From Eledone cirrhosa (lineage: Eukaryota), in NCBI GenBank assembly GCA_964016885.1, contig OZ024741.1:292020001-292084000 (forward strand): a DNA stretch of 64,000 nt, written 5' to 3'. The notes beneath the pieces were generated by a model. That model was not told the DNA's origin. It ran no database searches and worked only from the letters and a program-made list of their open reading frames with translations. The translations under genes and the position numbers were made by a program. Positions 43,200 to 54,940 of the stretch are shown piece by piece. How positions within the stretch are numbered: position 1 is the stretch's first letter; each line of letters begins with the position of its first letter.

Positions 43200-43726
43200 A
43201 TGTATGTATGTATCCATGCATGCATTCATGTATGTATGTATGTATGTATGTATGCATCCATGTATGAATTATGTATGTATTTGTGTGTGTGTGTGTAAGT
43301 GGGTCATGGAAATACTCGGTTTGGAGCCCGAGAGTACACGGTTAAACAACCGGAAATGAGAGACACCTAGTTATTGTTAGGACCTCATTCTAGAAAGAAA
43401 ACTCTTATGTAAAACCTGCGACTCGATGGCAGCCAATAATGTTGATTTGTTCTTCTTTTTGGATATCCTCACTGTTGTTCAGATAGTGAGATTGGTTCAG
43501 TGCAATGCCTTTCTTAACTTATAAAAGTTTCAAGCACAGGTATCACTTGATCTAAACAATTGTTATGTGTATTGCGTGAGCAAGGCCTTTTGTTTTCTTC
43601 TTTCGCTGCAGCCTATGCAGAAAGGAATCTAACTCCTTGGTAGGACAAAAAGTCATGTTCGTGCCACCCATGTATGAGAAAAATGTCAAGAGATGGCAAT
43701 TCTCGAAATCAAGATGCAGCCATTAA

Positions 43727-43757
<31 letters not shown>

Positions 43758-43839
43758 TGTATGTATGTATGTATGTATGTATGTATGTATGTATGTATGT
43801 ATGTATGTATGTATGTATGTATGTATGTATGTATGTATG

Positions 43840-44307
43840 ATATCCCACGGTAGTTTTCATAAAGACTACGATCACCTTTCTTAAACAGAAAGCATCAATA
43901 AGGTCAGATAGCTTTCTGAGATCCAGAACCGGTTAAAAATACATCAGGACATTGATTCTTCATGAGGTTAGCGTTTTTTAGTGCTGTCTGAAGTTCTTTC
44001 AAGATGATAGGGTTGTCAAATTCTTCAATAATTGGATGTTGCTCCATTTTATTAAAGATTTCCCAATTAGCATTAGTTGATTGAGGAGTTTACTAAAGTA
44101 CTCAGCCAATTTGTCTTTGATGTTTTAGGTGCAGAAAGTAGAGCACCATTCTTCGACCGCATAGGGTGCAGATATTAGGACTTGGAACCATGAGCTGCAT
44201 TGAGAGTTGCATAGAATCGTCCATGATTATTTCAACGTCATTGGTTTTTGTTGAAACCAGTTGTTCTTGAGTCTTCTAATTTCATCTCTTAGCCCTTTTA
44301 TATCACT

Positions 44308-44391
<84 letters not shown>

Positions 44392-44893
44392 AGAAGCCTC
44401 AGAATTTCTTGCTCCTGATCCTCAAACCAATCTTTACTTCTCCTTTTGTTTTTTTATGAAAGAGTTGTTCCAGTTATCCCAAGACATCTTTCAATCTGGG
44501 ATTTGTTTGCTGAGGAACCTTTCAAGCTTCTCTTTTTTCAGTATTCAGGTAGGTTTTAGGCTTGCAGGGAGTATTGGTTCCCGTCTTTGTTTTCTTTATC
44601 CCAATGTTGACCTTACAGATCAGGAGTTTGTGGTCGGTGAAACAATCAGCACGAGGATCAATTTTGGTGATGTTGATAAATTTGTTGCCAAGTATTCTTG
44701 AGTGAATATTTTAGTCGCTACATTAAGCCTATAATAGAGGGTTAAAAGCATGTGTAAAATTCTAACAACATTAAGCCATTAGAGTTCATATTTCCTACTC
44801 CATGTCTGCCAACAACAGATGGCCATGACTTCCAATGTTAACCAACATGAGCGTTGAAGTCAGCAAGAGCAACAATTGCACTCTCCTTTGCTT
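43840..44893 (-). pseudogene. RTE-clade LINE, inverted endonuclease-to-RT-start segment
   Basis: Minus strand runs from ALADFNAHVG...NSNGLMLLEF (right end) to LFKKGDRSLYENYRGIS (left end). Interrupted by (CT)n. Confidence 0.75.
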
Positions 44894-44894
44894 A

Positions 44895-45510
44895 CATCCT
44901 TCTCAAAGTACGTTCTAGAAATGATAGCGATATTTTTTATCTTCGTTGCCTCAAGTCCAAAACAAAGATACTTCATGATTTCATAAGGGAGGCCCAATAT
45001 GCTGATGACATTGCTGTTTTCTGCAATGATGCCATTGCTCTACAGCAGCTGTTATCTGCATATAACACAGTTTCATTGAAAATGGGCCGTTGTATCCACA
45101 TTAAGATGACCAAAACTATGAGTATCGGAGAGCAAGTTCATTTTTTCATTGATGGGCAAAATCTTGCCAGAGTGTAACACTTCAAATATTTTGGCAGCTA
45201 TGTCACAAAATATTGTAATCTAGATGAAGAACTTAGCTGCCTTTTGTACTGTAAATAAACTAAGAGTGAGAGTATTTGAATGCAGGAAACTGACCTCTGA
45301 GACTAAACTGAAAATGTATAGCCAATGTGTGACTCATCTCTTGTTGAATAAAGGTGATATGTGGGCTCTTCATTGTTACCGAACAAAACAGTTAAGAACA
45401 GTTCAGCAACGACTCATTAGTTTTATTCTCAACATAAAATGGGACCACTTTTTCACAAACGATGAGGTACCGAAACGTGCAAAGACTCCAGTATCGGGAC
45501 TCAGGCAAGA
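44895..45510 (+). pseudogene. RTE-clade LINE RT C-terminal fragment
   Basis: EAQYADDIA...HFKYFGS...KLKMY...LNIKWDHFFTNDEV, with stops. Ends in (TATG)n. Confidence 0.8.
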
Positions 45511-45817
45511 GGATGTGTGTATGTATGTATGTATGTATGTATGCATGTATGTATGAATTTATGTATGTATATATGTATGTACATTATAACATAAAGACCG
45601 TCATGAAAAACTAAATAAGAAACCCATAAAATACAGCCTATTAAAAAAATGTATTCTTAGCTGGGAGTATTCATTTTATAAAGCTGCACTCACTAGGAGA
45701 GGATCGTATGATATAGCTTTGCCGAGGGAAAATAACTTTTACAAGTTTCTCTATTTATAGTGGTGTGAAGCGGGCTAAAGACTATTCATCGAATATCCGT
45801 GGAATAATTAATATATA

Positions 45818-46175
45818 TAATTGTTTGTACCTTTGGCACAAGGCAAACAATTTTTAAAGAAGGGTGGAAAAGTCGATTAAATCGAACCCAGTGCATGCGT
45901 CACTGGTACATTATTCTATCGATCCTATAACGATGAACGGCAGGCTAACCTCGGCGGGATTTTAACTCAGAACGTAAAGGTACGTAACTCTATGCCACAA
46001 AGCATGCTGTGTAACTTTCTATCAATACTGCTAATCCATCGCCTTTAATATATATATATATATATAGCATGGTTTGTGGCATAAAGTTTCGTCCCTTTAC
46101 GCTCTGAGTTCAAATCGGGCCGAGGTTAGCTTTCCCGTTCATCGTTGTGGCGTCGATAAAATAAAGTACCAGTGA
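45818..46175. mobile_element. Inverted pair of SINE family 1 copies around a TA run
   Basis: 45818-46042 (minus, long form) and 46067-46175 (plus, partial). Confidence 0.8.
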
Positions 46176-46178
46176 AGC

Positions 46179-46253
<75 letters not shown>

Positions 46254-46259
46254 TATATA

Positions 46260-47155
46260 CGAGGTGGGTCAGAAAAGTTCCAGGACTGATGTCACAAAAG
46301 ATTTATTTCACACCCAAACTTCACACTAAGAGTTTCTTCCTTCAAAGTAATCCCCTGGAGTCAAATGCACTTCTCCATCCTTTTCTGCCACGCTTGCATG
46401 CACTCTTGGAAGGATTCTTCCGGGATCTTCCGCAGTTCCTCTCGTCACGGCCTTTTTGATGTCGTCCACGTCTTCAAAACGGGTCCCCTCTGGGTCGTAC
46501 TCGAAGATCCATGACTCATCACCGGTGATGACTGTCCCTAGCAAGTCTGGTTCGGTTTCAAGACGCTCGAGGATGTCCTGGCACACTTGCATGCGTCGAC
46601 CCTTCTGGTCATCGTTCAGCAGTTTTGGCACCATCTTCGCGCAGACTTTCCGCATGTCCAAATCTTCAGTGAGAATCTTCCAGACGCTGTCCCGATTCAT
46701 ACCTAGCTCATTTGCCATCAGTCGAACAGTCAGCCGACGATCGCTACGCACCATCTGCCTGACGTGCTCAACGTTGACCTCAGTCCTGGTTGTTGAGGGA
46801 TTTCCACTCCTGGGGTCATCTTCCACGTCCTCGTGTCCTTCTTTAAACCTCTTGCACCACTCAAATACACGTGAGCGTAACATCGCCTCATCTCCATACA
46901 CTTGCTGCAGCAATCCCAGTGCTTCTGACGGAGTTTTCAAGTTTGTTCGTTGCTCTGTGCTCATTGCTTGACGACCTGAAACAGAGGGCATGCATATAAA
47001 ATTATGAAGAAAAAAGTTTGATCGTCGTAGAGAGTTAAGATTACAGTTACATGCTCCAGGGGGATTACTTTGAAGGAGAAAACTCTTAGTGTGAAGTTCG
47101 GGTTTGAAATAAATCTGTTGTGACATCAGTCCTGGAATTTTTCTGACCCACCTCG
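46260..47155 (-). mobile_element. Mariner transposon, internally deleted transposase, ~100-bp inverted ends
   Basis: TA-flanked CGAGGTGGGTCAGAAAA... TIRs. Protein has the HTH region, DDPRSG, CAKMVPKLL (WVPHEL-like), TGDESW and C-terminal GDYFEG, but jumps from YDPE to GTRFEDV, so it lacks the 2nd and 3rd catalytic Asp and YSPDL. Confidence 0.92.
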
Positions 47156-47163
47156 TATATATA

Positions 47164-47306
47164 TATAGTGAAATAGAATAACAAGGACGATTGTTTACTC
47201 CTTTATTACGTTTATTGGTTGGTGACGCGCGTTTCGCCACTGATCCGATGGAACCTTGAGCTGATCAGTGGAGTAAACAACGTCCTTGTTATTTTATTTC
47301 ACTATA
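47164..47306 (-). repeat. Fold-back element containing the 3' half of a minimal hammerhead
   Basis: Outer arms of ~37 bp. Inside, the minus strand reads CCACTGATC...GATCAGTGG-C-GAAAC-GCGC-GTC-ACCAACC-AATAAA. Confidence 0.7.
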
Positions 47307-47403
47307 ATTCACGCTATTTAGCTCTACACCTCGACATTGAAGTGAACCTAAACATCGTGTGTTCAACCGGGTGAACCTACAGTACCGCCAAGTTACACTC
47401 CCT

Positions 47404-47462
<59 letters not shown>

Positions 47463-47519
47463 AAAGGTAAACAGAAATAACAACACAATCGGTACAGTAT
47501 ATGGAAGGTATATATTAGG

Positions 47520-47863
47520 TTAACGCTTGGAGGTCGCGGAGGTTTCGGGCGCTCTTAAAAGCTGTAATGGGTGGGTTTGGAAAAAAGCGAGAAGTGACGA
47601 GGTCAAAAGAAAGGATACGGAAGGAACAGAGGATATGTCGCCGGAGTGGTAGCGTGCTGGGGTGGTAGGTGAGAGGGAAAGGTTAACGGGTGTTGGGAGG
47701 GCGGGGGTGAGGTGAGAGGGCTGTGGTGCGGTCTGTTTCACGGGCGCGGGTGAGAGCAGTTTGGATCAGGGTGGGGGGATATCCACGCTGGATGAAGCAG
47801 GAAGCCATGCAAAGGGAATGGGTTTCGAAATCGTCGTCCTGGCTACAGAGTCGACGAAGAAGG
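47520..47863 (-). pseudogene. Penelope-like element RT thumb/linker fragment
   Basis: LRRLCSQDDDF...MASCFIQRGYP...ALTRA...R..AL, then after a frame change FPLTYHP...FFPNPPITAFKSARNLRDL. These are the motifs between RT and GIY-YIG in Penelope-like elements. Confidence 0.8.
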
Positions 47864-47881
47864 ATATATATGTATATATAT

Positions 47882-48085
47882 ATAACGAAGGAGTTGTGTA
47901 AAGAACCAGATGGACCATAACACACCAGAGTACTCAATACTTAGGGTAGTAGAGTGGGTAATAGGGAAATGTATGAGCCCGACGGCAGAGCTCAAGCCAT
48001 TTCGACGGCTATTTCTGGACTCAGTCAAGAAATAGCCATCGAAACGGCTTGAGCTCTGTCGTCGGGGTCTTGAACATTTTTCTAT
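47882..48085. mobile_element. TA-flanked repeat: ~80-bp leader plus ~125-bp palindrome (copy 1)
   Basis: Palindrome at 47961-48085. The whole unit is homologous to 51195-51394. Confidence 0.8.
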
Positions 48086-48384
48086 ATATATATATATAAG
48101 TAGAAAACGTGTGTAACCCATACCTAGAGAGAAAGTACCGGGGAGATGTGATTTCATCTACGCTACCATCAATACATAAAATAATCGATATATAATAAAC
48201 TCTGACCGGAAAATATGCCGTGACCGAGATTGATAAATGTGGATCTTTATAGCAAGTCATGAACGCGACGGGTACATATGATAGAGACGTGGTTGTTATA
48301 ATGTACGAGATATTTAAATCAATAAATTGTTTCGGGGAATATAATATATATATATATATATACACATATGTATATATATATATA

Positions 48385-48435
<51 letters not shown>

Positions 48436-48660
48436 GTGATATATATATATGCATATGTGTATGTATATACATATATATATATATATATATTTAAATATAT
48501 ATATATATATATATATATTTAAATATATATATATATATTAATATATATATATATAAATATTTATATATATATATATTAATATATATATATATATATACAT
48601 ACGTATACATATATATATATATATATATATACGTATACATATATATACATATATATATGT

Positions 48661-48779
<119 letters not shown>

Positions 48780-48789
48780 CACACACATA

Positions 48790-48839
<50 letters not shown>

Positions 48840-48913
48840 CATACACACATACATACATACATACACACATACATACATACATACATACATACATACATAC
48901 ATACATACATACA

Positions 48914-48944
<31 letters not shown>

Positions 48945-49302
48945 TGAGACTCGCTTTCTGATAATGGCGAGTAGGAAAAAAGCTTCAATCAACTAAAACT
49001 AATCTCACATTTTCAAGACCAAAACTCTCCATTTATAGGTCTACATATTCAGAGAAGCAAGCAAGGGAGAAAACCGCTATAGTCTTTTCGAACAAGTAAA
49101 TATAGTGCAATGGGAGTGGACCTTGTCCATAAGTTAAATTGGTGACAGCGATGGCTACGTTCCGATTTTATCAGATGTCTTCTGCGAAGCATATTCACTT
49201 AGTTGACTTGACTAGAATTGTCGAATATGGATATAGCAAAAGGGAAATAAAGTATGCGTTGAATAATTGTGTATATACATATGTGTTATGTGAAATAGTG
49301 TA

Positions 49303-49588
49303 AGCGCATGGCCTAGTGGTCAGGATGTTGAACTTACGCTCATAATGTCGTGCTTTCGATTCCTAGAATGGTTTGTATGACGCGTTCTTCAGCAAAACAT
49401 TTCATTTCACGTTGCCCAGTATACGCAGCTGAAATTGAGTACCAGCAATAACTGTGGGGTTAATCCTGCGATGGATTGTTATCCTGTCTCGGGAAGAGCG
49501 TCGTACTCTTAGTCGCTTCACGCCCGCCAGCGAAACAGGGATAATCACAGCCCGGATGAGTCTTCTCCGACTTTGAGACAGACTTTAG
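49303..49588 (+). mobile_element. tRNA-derived SINE, family 2 (full)
   Basis: GCGCATGGCCTAGTGGTCAG head, TTCGATTCC, TTCTTCAGCAA, CAGCTGAAATTGAGTACCAGC, CCTGCGATGGA and a 3' hairpin. Confidence 0.8.
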
Positions 49589-50050
49589 ACATTTTAGTAC
49601 GTGATATACATATGTGGTTGAATGTGCGTATATATGTGAAATATATATATATATATATTTTAATGTGTTTATGTATGTGAAATACATATGTGTGAGAGAG
49701 AGGATGATGTACACATGCATCGATATGTGTGTGTAAAATATTTCATGTGAAATTCATCTATTTATGTCAAAATAAAGGAAGATGAAATAAGTTATAAAAA
49801 TAGTGGTGGTTGTGTTGGTGGTGGTTGTTGTGGTAGTGGTTGTGGTAGCTGTGTTAGTGATCATGGCTGTAGATGTTGTAGTGGGTTTTTGGTAGCAGTA
49901 GTATGGGTGGTTGTATTGGCGGGAGTATGGGTGGAAAATCATGGTTTAATGCATTTACATTTTTCATTATTTCTTCAGCGTCCATACGTTCCATTCATAC
50001 GTTTGTAATAATATCAAAAACAAAATTATCATATATAACATTCACAAGTT

Positions 50051-50122
<72 letters not shown>

Positions 50123-50230
50123 CACTACTGCTAGTCTTCTTGTTATTATCATTATCACTACTACTACTACTACAACTACTACTACTACTACTTCTACTAC
50201 TAGTAGTAGTTGTTGTTTTTCTTCTACTTT

Positions 50231-50289
<59 letters not shown>

Positions 50290-50779
50290 ATGATAATAAC
50301 AAGAAGAAGAAGAAAGAAGGAGGAGGACGATGATGAATATAATGATGATGATGATGACGATGGTGATGATAATAACGACAACAACAACAACAGCAACAGA
50401 AACAAATATGCTATATCAATCTTCTATAATTTCATCTGAGACTGCAATATCAAAACCGATTCCTTTTTAGTAATGTTTTGACTGATTCTTTGAAGTGGTA
50501 TGTTTAGATATTTTCTAAACATTAATCCTTAAGTAGCGAAGGTTCATTCAAAACTGAATGATGGCCAATTGCTGAGTATTACGTCACATATTGTATAGAT
50601 TCGTTTTATGCGAAAGGATGCAATGCTTCCTTATATCTGATATAAGATGCTTCTTAACAATTAAAGTTGAAATATTTAGAGCATAATTTTAAGTATGAAT
50701 AAAGTGCCTGCATATATATATATTCCTTTTAACTGAACTGTATCCATTTAAATCCTTCTATATATATATATATATATAT

Positions 50780-50890
<111 letters not shown>

Positions 50891-50954
50891 GGTAGAACAC
50901 TGGAAAGTAATATCCGTAGTGGTAGAGCACTCAGTCCATTTACGAGTTTGGTAG

Positions 50955-51066
50955 GAGTTCGTTCACCATACTGAGAACAATTGTTTCACCTTATGCGGAT
51001 CTTCAGCTCGGACTGCAGAAGATCCGCATAAGGTGAAACAATTGTTCTCGGTTTGGTGAACTAACT
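50955..51066. repeat. Fold-back palindrome carrying a minimal hammerhead motif (50971-51011, minus)
   Basis: Minus strand: CCGAG-CTGAAGA-TCC-GCATAA-GGT-GAAAC-AATT-GTT-CTCAG. The opposite arm has CAGAAGA...GAAACAATTGTT-CTCGG. Confidence 0.75.
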
Positions 51067-51080
51067 GTTGTGTTACTACT

Positions 51081-51112
<32 letters not shown>

Positions 51113-51144
51113 GTAACACAACAGTTAGTTCTATAACTAAACAG

Positions 51145-51194
<50 letters not shown>

Positions 51195-51197
<3 letters not shown>

Positions 51198-51389
51198 CGA
51201 AGGAGGTGTTGTAAGGAACCAGATGGACGATAACGCACCAGAGTACTCAATACTTAGGGTAGTAGAGTGGTAATAGGAAAATGTTTGACTCTGACGACAG
51301 AGCTGAAGCTGTTTCGACGGCTATTTCCGAACTAATCCAGAAATAGCCGTCGAAATGGCTTGAGCTCTGCCGTCGGGGACAAACATTTT

Positions 51390-51394
<5 letters not shown>
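51195..51394. mobile_element. TA-flanked repeat: ~80-bp leader plus palindrome (copy 2)
   Basis: Palindrome at 51273-51394. Homologous to 47882-48085. Confidence 0.8.
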
Positions 51395-51434
<40 letters not shown>

Positions 51435-51601
51435 AATGAATCAACGGAGTAAAGGACTCGTGTTGTTCCCTGTAATATAATGAACTCAAGGAAATCTGCT
51501 TAATTGTAATGTTTTTCTCGTACCTTTCGCAGCTTATGTCTTTCACCCTGGCGGTAAAAACACCCTGTAATGAAAAAGCATGTTCTTTTCATGTATTCCC
51601 T

Positions 51602-51636
<35 letters not shown>

Positions 51637-51884
51637 CAATTACTCTAGATATTTAGGACAGTGTCTCAAACCAACATACATACATTCTATTTATACTCTT
51701 AAAATCCTCTAATGATTTAACAGAAAAATCTACAGTTTTGTCAATTGAAATGATTATAATTTCTTCACTACTGGAGAAATCCTAGTGAAAATCTGTAGTG
51801 TGATATAATGCACCTATAAGGTTGATTTGAAATCATCTAACATGTTTTGCTAATGCAGTTCCACGTGGTTTATTAATTTCAATG

Positions 51885-52063
51885 CTAATAATTGTTTCTA
51901 ACTTTGACACAAGGCCAGCAATTATCCCAGTACATTACTTTATCGACCCCTTAAGGATTAATGGCAAAGTTAACCTCGGCGGGATTTGTACTCAGAATGT
52001 AAAGGGCCATAACTCTGTACTGCAAAACATGGCGTCCGACCCTCCACCGATACTGCCAATCCA
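51885..52063 (-). mobile_element. tRNA-derived SINE, family 1
   Basis: Full-length copy with a small internal deletion. Confidence 0.85.
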
Positions 52064-52460
52064 CTATCCTAATGATACCTTTATTTTCATAACATTTTTC
52101 AATATTAGAGTGAATACTTTAACTTTTAATATAATGTCGAGATAGGGCGGATTTACAGATTCCAAATATGCTTTGATAATGTGGCTTGGTGTGATACAGG
52201 ACGTCAAGAAATAATCTAAGAGCAACAAAAACAGAAAGAAAAGAAAACCGCAAGAAAGAAGTGTTAGATTTCTGTTTAATGAGGTTGAAATTGGGGGTAT
52301 TTCGGTGAGTGAATCATGAATCTCCAAAGAACATAAAGAGCATTGTATCGTGATGATAAGGCGCTGTAACAACCTGTCTGTGTCACTTCAATTACACTTC
52401 ATTTACTTTTTTTAGTTTAGGTTATACATACACACACACACTCGCATAAATATGTATGTA

Positions 52461-52590
<130 letters not shown>

Positions 52591-53071
52591 ATATATATAC
52601 ATATATATATTGTATATATATATATATATATATATATTGTATATATATATTATATATATGTGTGTGTGTATATGTGTGTGTGTATGTGTGTGTGTGTGTG
52701 TTTGTGCTTGATGTTGTTGTGCAGAAATACTTTTTAATATTTTAATAACATTTCAGAAAGTTCGGATTTATTCATCTCTGATTGACAAGTCCTCCCTTCT
52801 CAAACCCTACCTTCCGCCACACCTACACATTCACACGCGCGCGCGCGCGCGCAAACACACGTGCAGACACACACATACACACACACAAACAAACATGTTT
52901 TCGCTCTAATGTGAGTTACTGCGACCACTCATCATCATGCGAGACAATGAGGAAATTTCTACATAGTCATCAATCAATTTGCTAGAAATAATACCCCAAA
53001 TCTCTCTCAAATCACATCACACTGTCTTAGGAAAGGCTACGGTGAGTGATGTGATCCTAGCTTCCCAGCAT

Positions 53072-53813
53072 ATAATTGTTTCTACTTTTGGCACAAGGCC
53101 AGCAATTAACCAGTACATTACTGGTACTTTATTTTGTCGACCCTGTAAGTATGAAAGCCAAAGTTAACATCGGCGGGATTTGAACTCAGAACGTAAAGGG
53201 CCATAACACCAGTAGAAGTAGTACTAGAAGCAGTAGAAGTAGCAGCAGCTATAATACTAATTTCTACTATAGGCACAAGGCCAGCAATTTGGGGGGAGGG
53301 GAAAATCGATTAAATCGACTTCAGTACATTACTGGTACTATATTTTATCGAACTCGTAAGGATGAAAGGCAAAGCTAACCTCGATGGGATTTGAACTCAG
53401 AACGTAAAGGGCTCTAACTCTATGCTGCAAACCAGGATTTTCAGTGCTCTACCGATACTGCCAATCCACCACCCTAACAGCAGCTATAATAATTGTTTCT
53501 ACTTTAGGCACAAGGCCAGCAATTATCCCAGTGCATTACTTGTACTTTATTTTATCGACCCCGTAAGGATGAAAGGCAAAGTTAACCTCGGCGGGATTTG
53601 AACTCAGATCGTAAAGGGACGTAACTCTATGCTGGAAAGCATGGTGTCTGACGCTCTAGTCAACAATAACCCAGTACATTACTGGTACTTTATTTTATCG
53701 ACCCCGTAAGGATGAAAGGCAAAGTTGACCTCGGCGGGTTTTTGAACTCAGAATGGCAAGGGCCATAACTCTATGCGTCAAAGCATGACGTCCGACCCTC
53801 TACCGATACTGCC
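53072..53813 (-). mobile_element. Tandem cluster of 4 SINE family 1 copies
   Basis: Copies at about 53072-53205, 53258-53472, 53488-53658 and 53668-53813. Confidence 0.88.
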
Positions 53814-53914
53814 ATGCCAATAATATTAGATGGAATGCTTTTGATAATAGCTGAGCTGCTGCTACACAACAACATTTAACGGATGTAGCATGTAGTGATG
53901 GTCGCTGGACAGAT

Positions 53915-54160
53915 TGTACGGAGAAAACAAATCGCTAGGAGACGCATGGGTAGATTGCGAGCAAGATGTTTGGATGACATCCATAAGCTCGGCTGATCTC
54001 GCTTGGAGATCCAGCCGGGTCAACGGGAAACTGTTGCTTATGAAAGGACGCGCTGGAAAGGGTGTTTGCGGAGTCAGTCCCCACTACCCTTCCAAGAAGA
54101 AGAAGAAGAAGAAGAAGAAGAAGAAGAAGAAGAAGAAGAAGACGAAGAAGAAGAAGAAAT
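53915..54160 (+). mobile_element. LINE (RTE-like) 3' end with (GAA)n tail
   Basis: ATCCATAAGCTCGG...GATCCAGC...CGCTGGAA...TGTTTG...CCCCAC followed by (GAA)n. Homologous to two minus-strand copies at 58105-58530. Confidence 0.65.
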
Positions 54161-54733
54161 GTTGATATAGAGACATTCAAATGATGAGGAGCCCTGAACT
54201 AGAGAAAATTTAGTACCACGAGTATTTCCTCGCAATAAACCCAATGAAATTTAAAAGGACATGAATGTCGGCTGAAGCATTAGAACGACACTGTGATTCA
54301 ATATCGGTTCATGCCGACTTGTAAAATAGAGGTATCAGTAAATAAACACAGCTTAACAAACCCAAAATAATGTCGTTGCCCATTCTGGTTACATGAAGTG
54401 AAACTAGATCTGGCGTTGCTAGCTAAACACTAAAATAATTGCCAAATGCAGCAATATATATTCATAAAACAGGTCAGTGCGCCCTTGACAGTGAAGCTCT
54501 TGGCAAGGTCCCATATAGCTTATATGTAAATTTTGTTTTGGTTGTATATCTCATATTTTTCTACACATAGACAAAAATTGTTCTCTACTTTAGGATAGCG
54601 GTTGTTTGGAAAAATCGGTAGAATGACGGTTAAAATATTTGTATTAAATTGTGTATCTATACTTCCTGAGTTCAGATTCTGCCAATAGTTGCTTAGCCAT
54701 TCATCTTTCGAGGTTCAACGTATTCCACTTTAA

Positions 54734-54940
54734 CCATTTAGCATTTAAACCGGCCATATCTGGCCAGAATTCTCTCACCTCTTTCTGTTTTAACCAGCTG
54801 TAACTAACAGCTCATACTCATGTTAAGGTATCGTTCTCAAAATAAATAATATCAAAATCTCATAGATTAGATATTATGTAAGATAATTATGTAAGATAAA
54901 GCCGTTACCACAAAAATACAATATAAAAAGTAATGTAAAA
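54734..54940. mobile_element. piggyBac-like MITE, truncated second copy
   Basis: Starts TTAA-CCATTTAGCATTTAAACCGGCCATATC. Homologous to 17032-17251. Confidence 0.7.
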
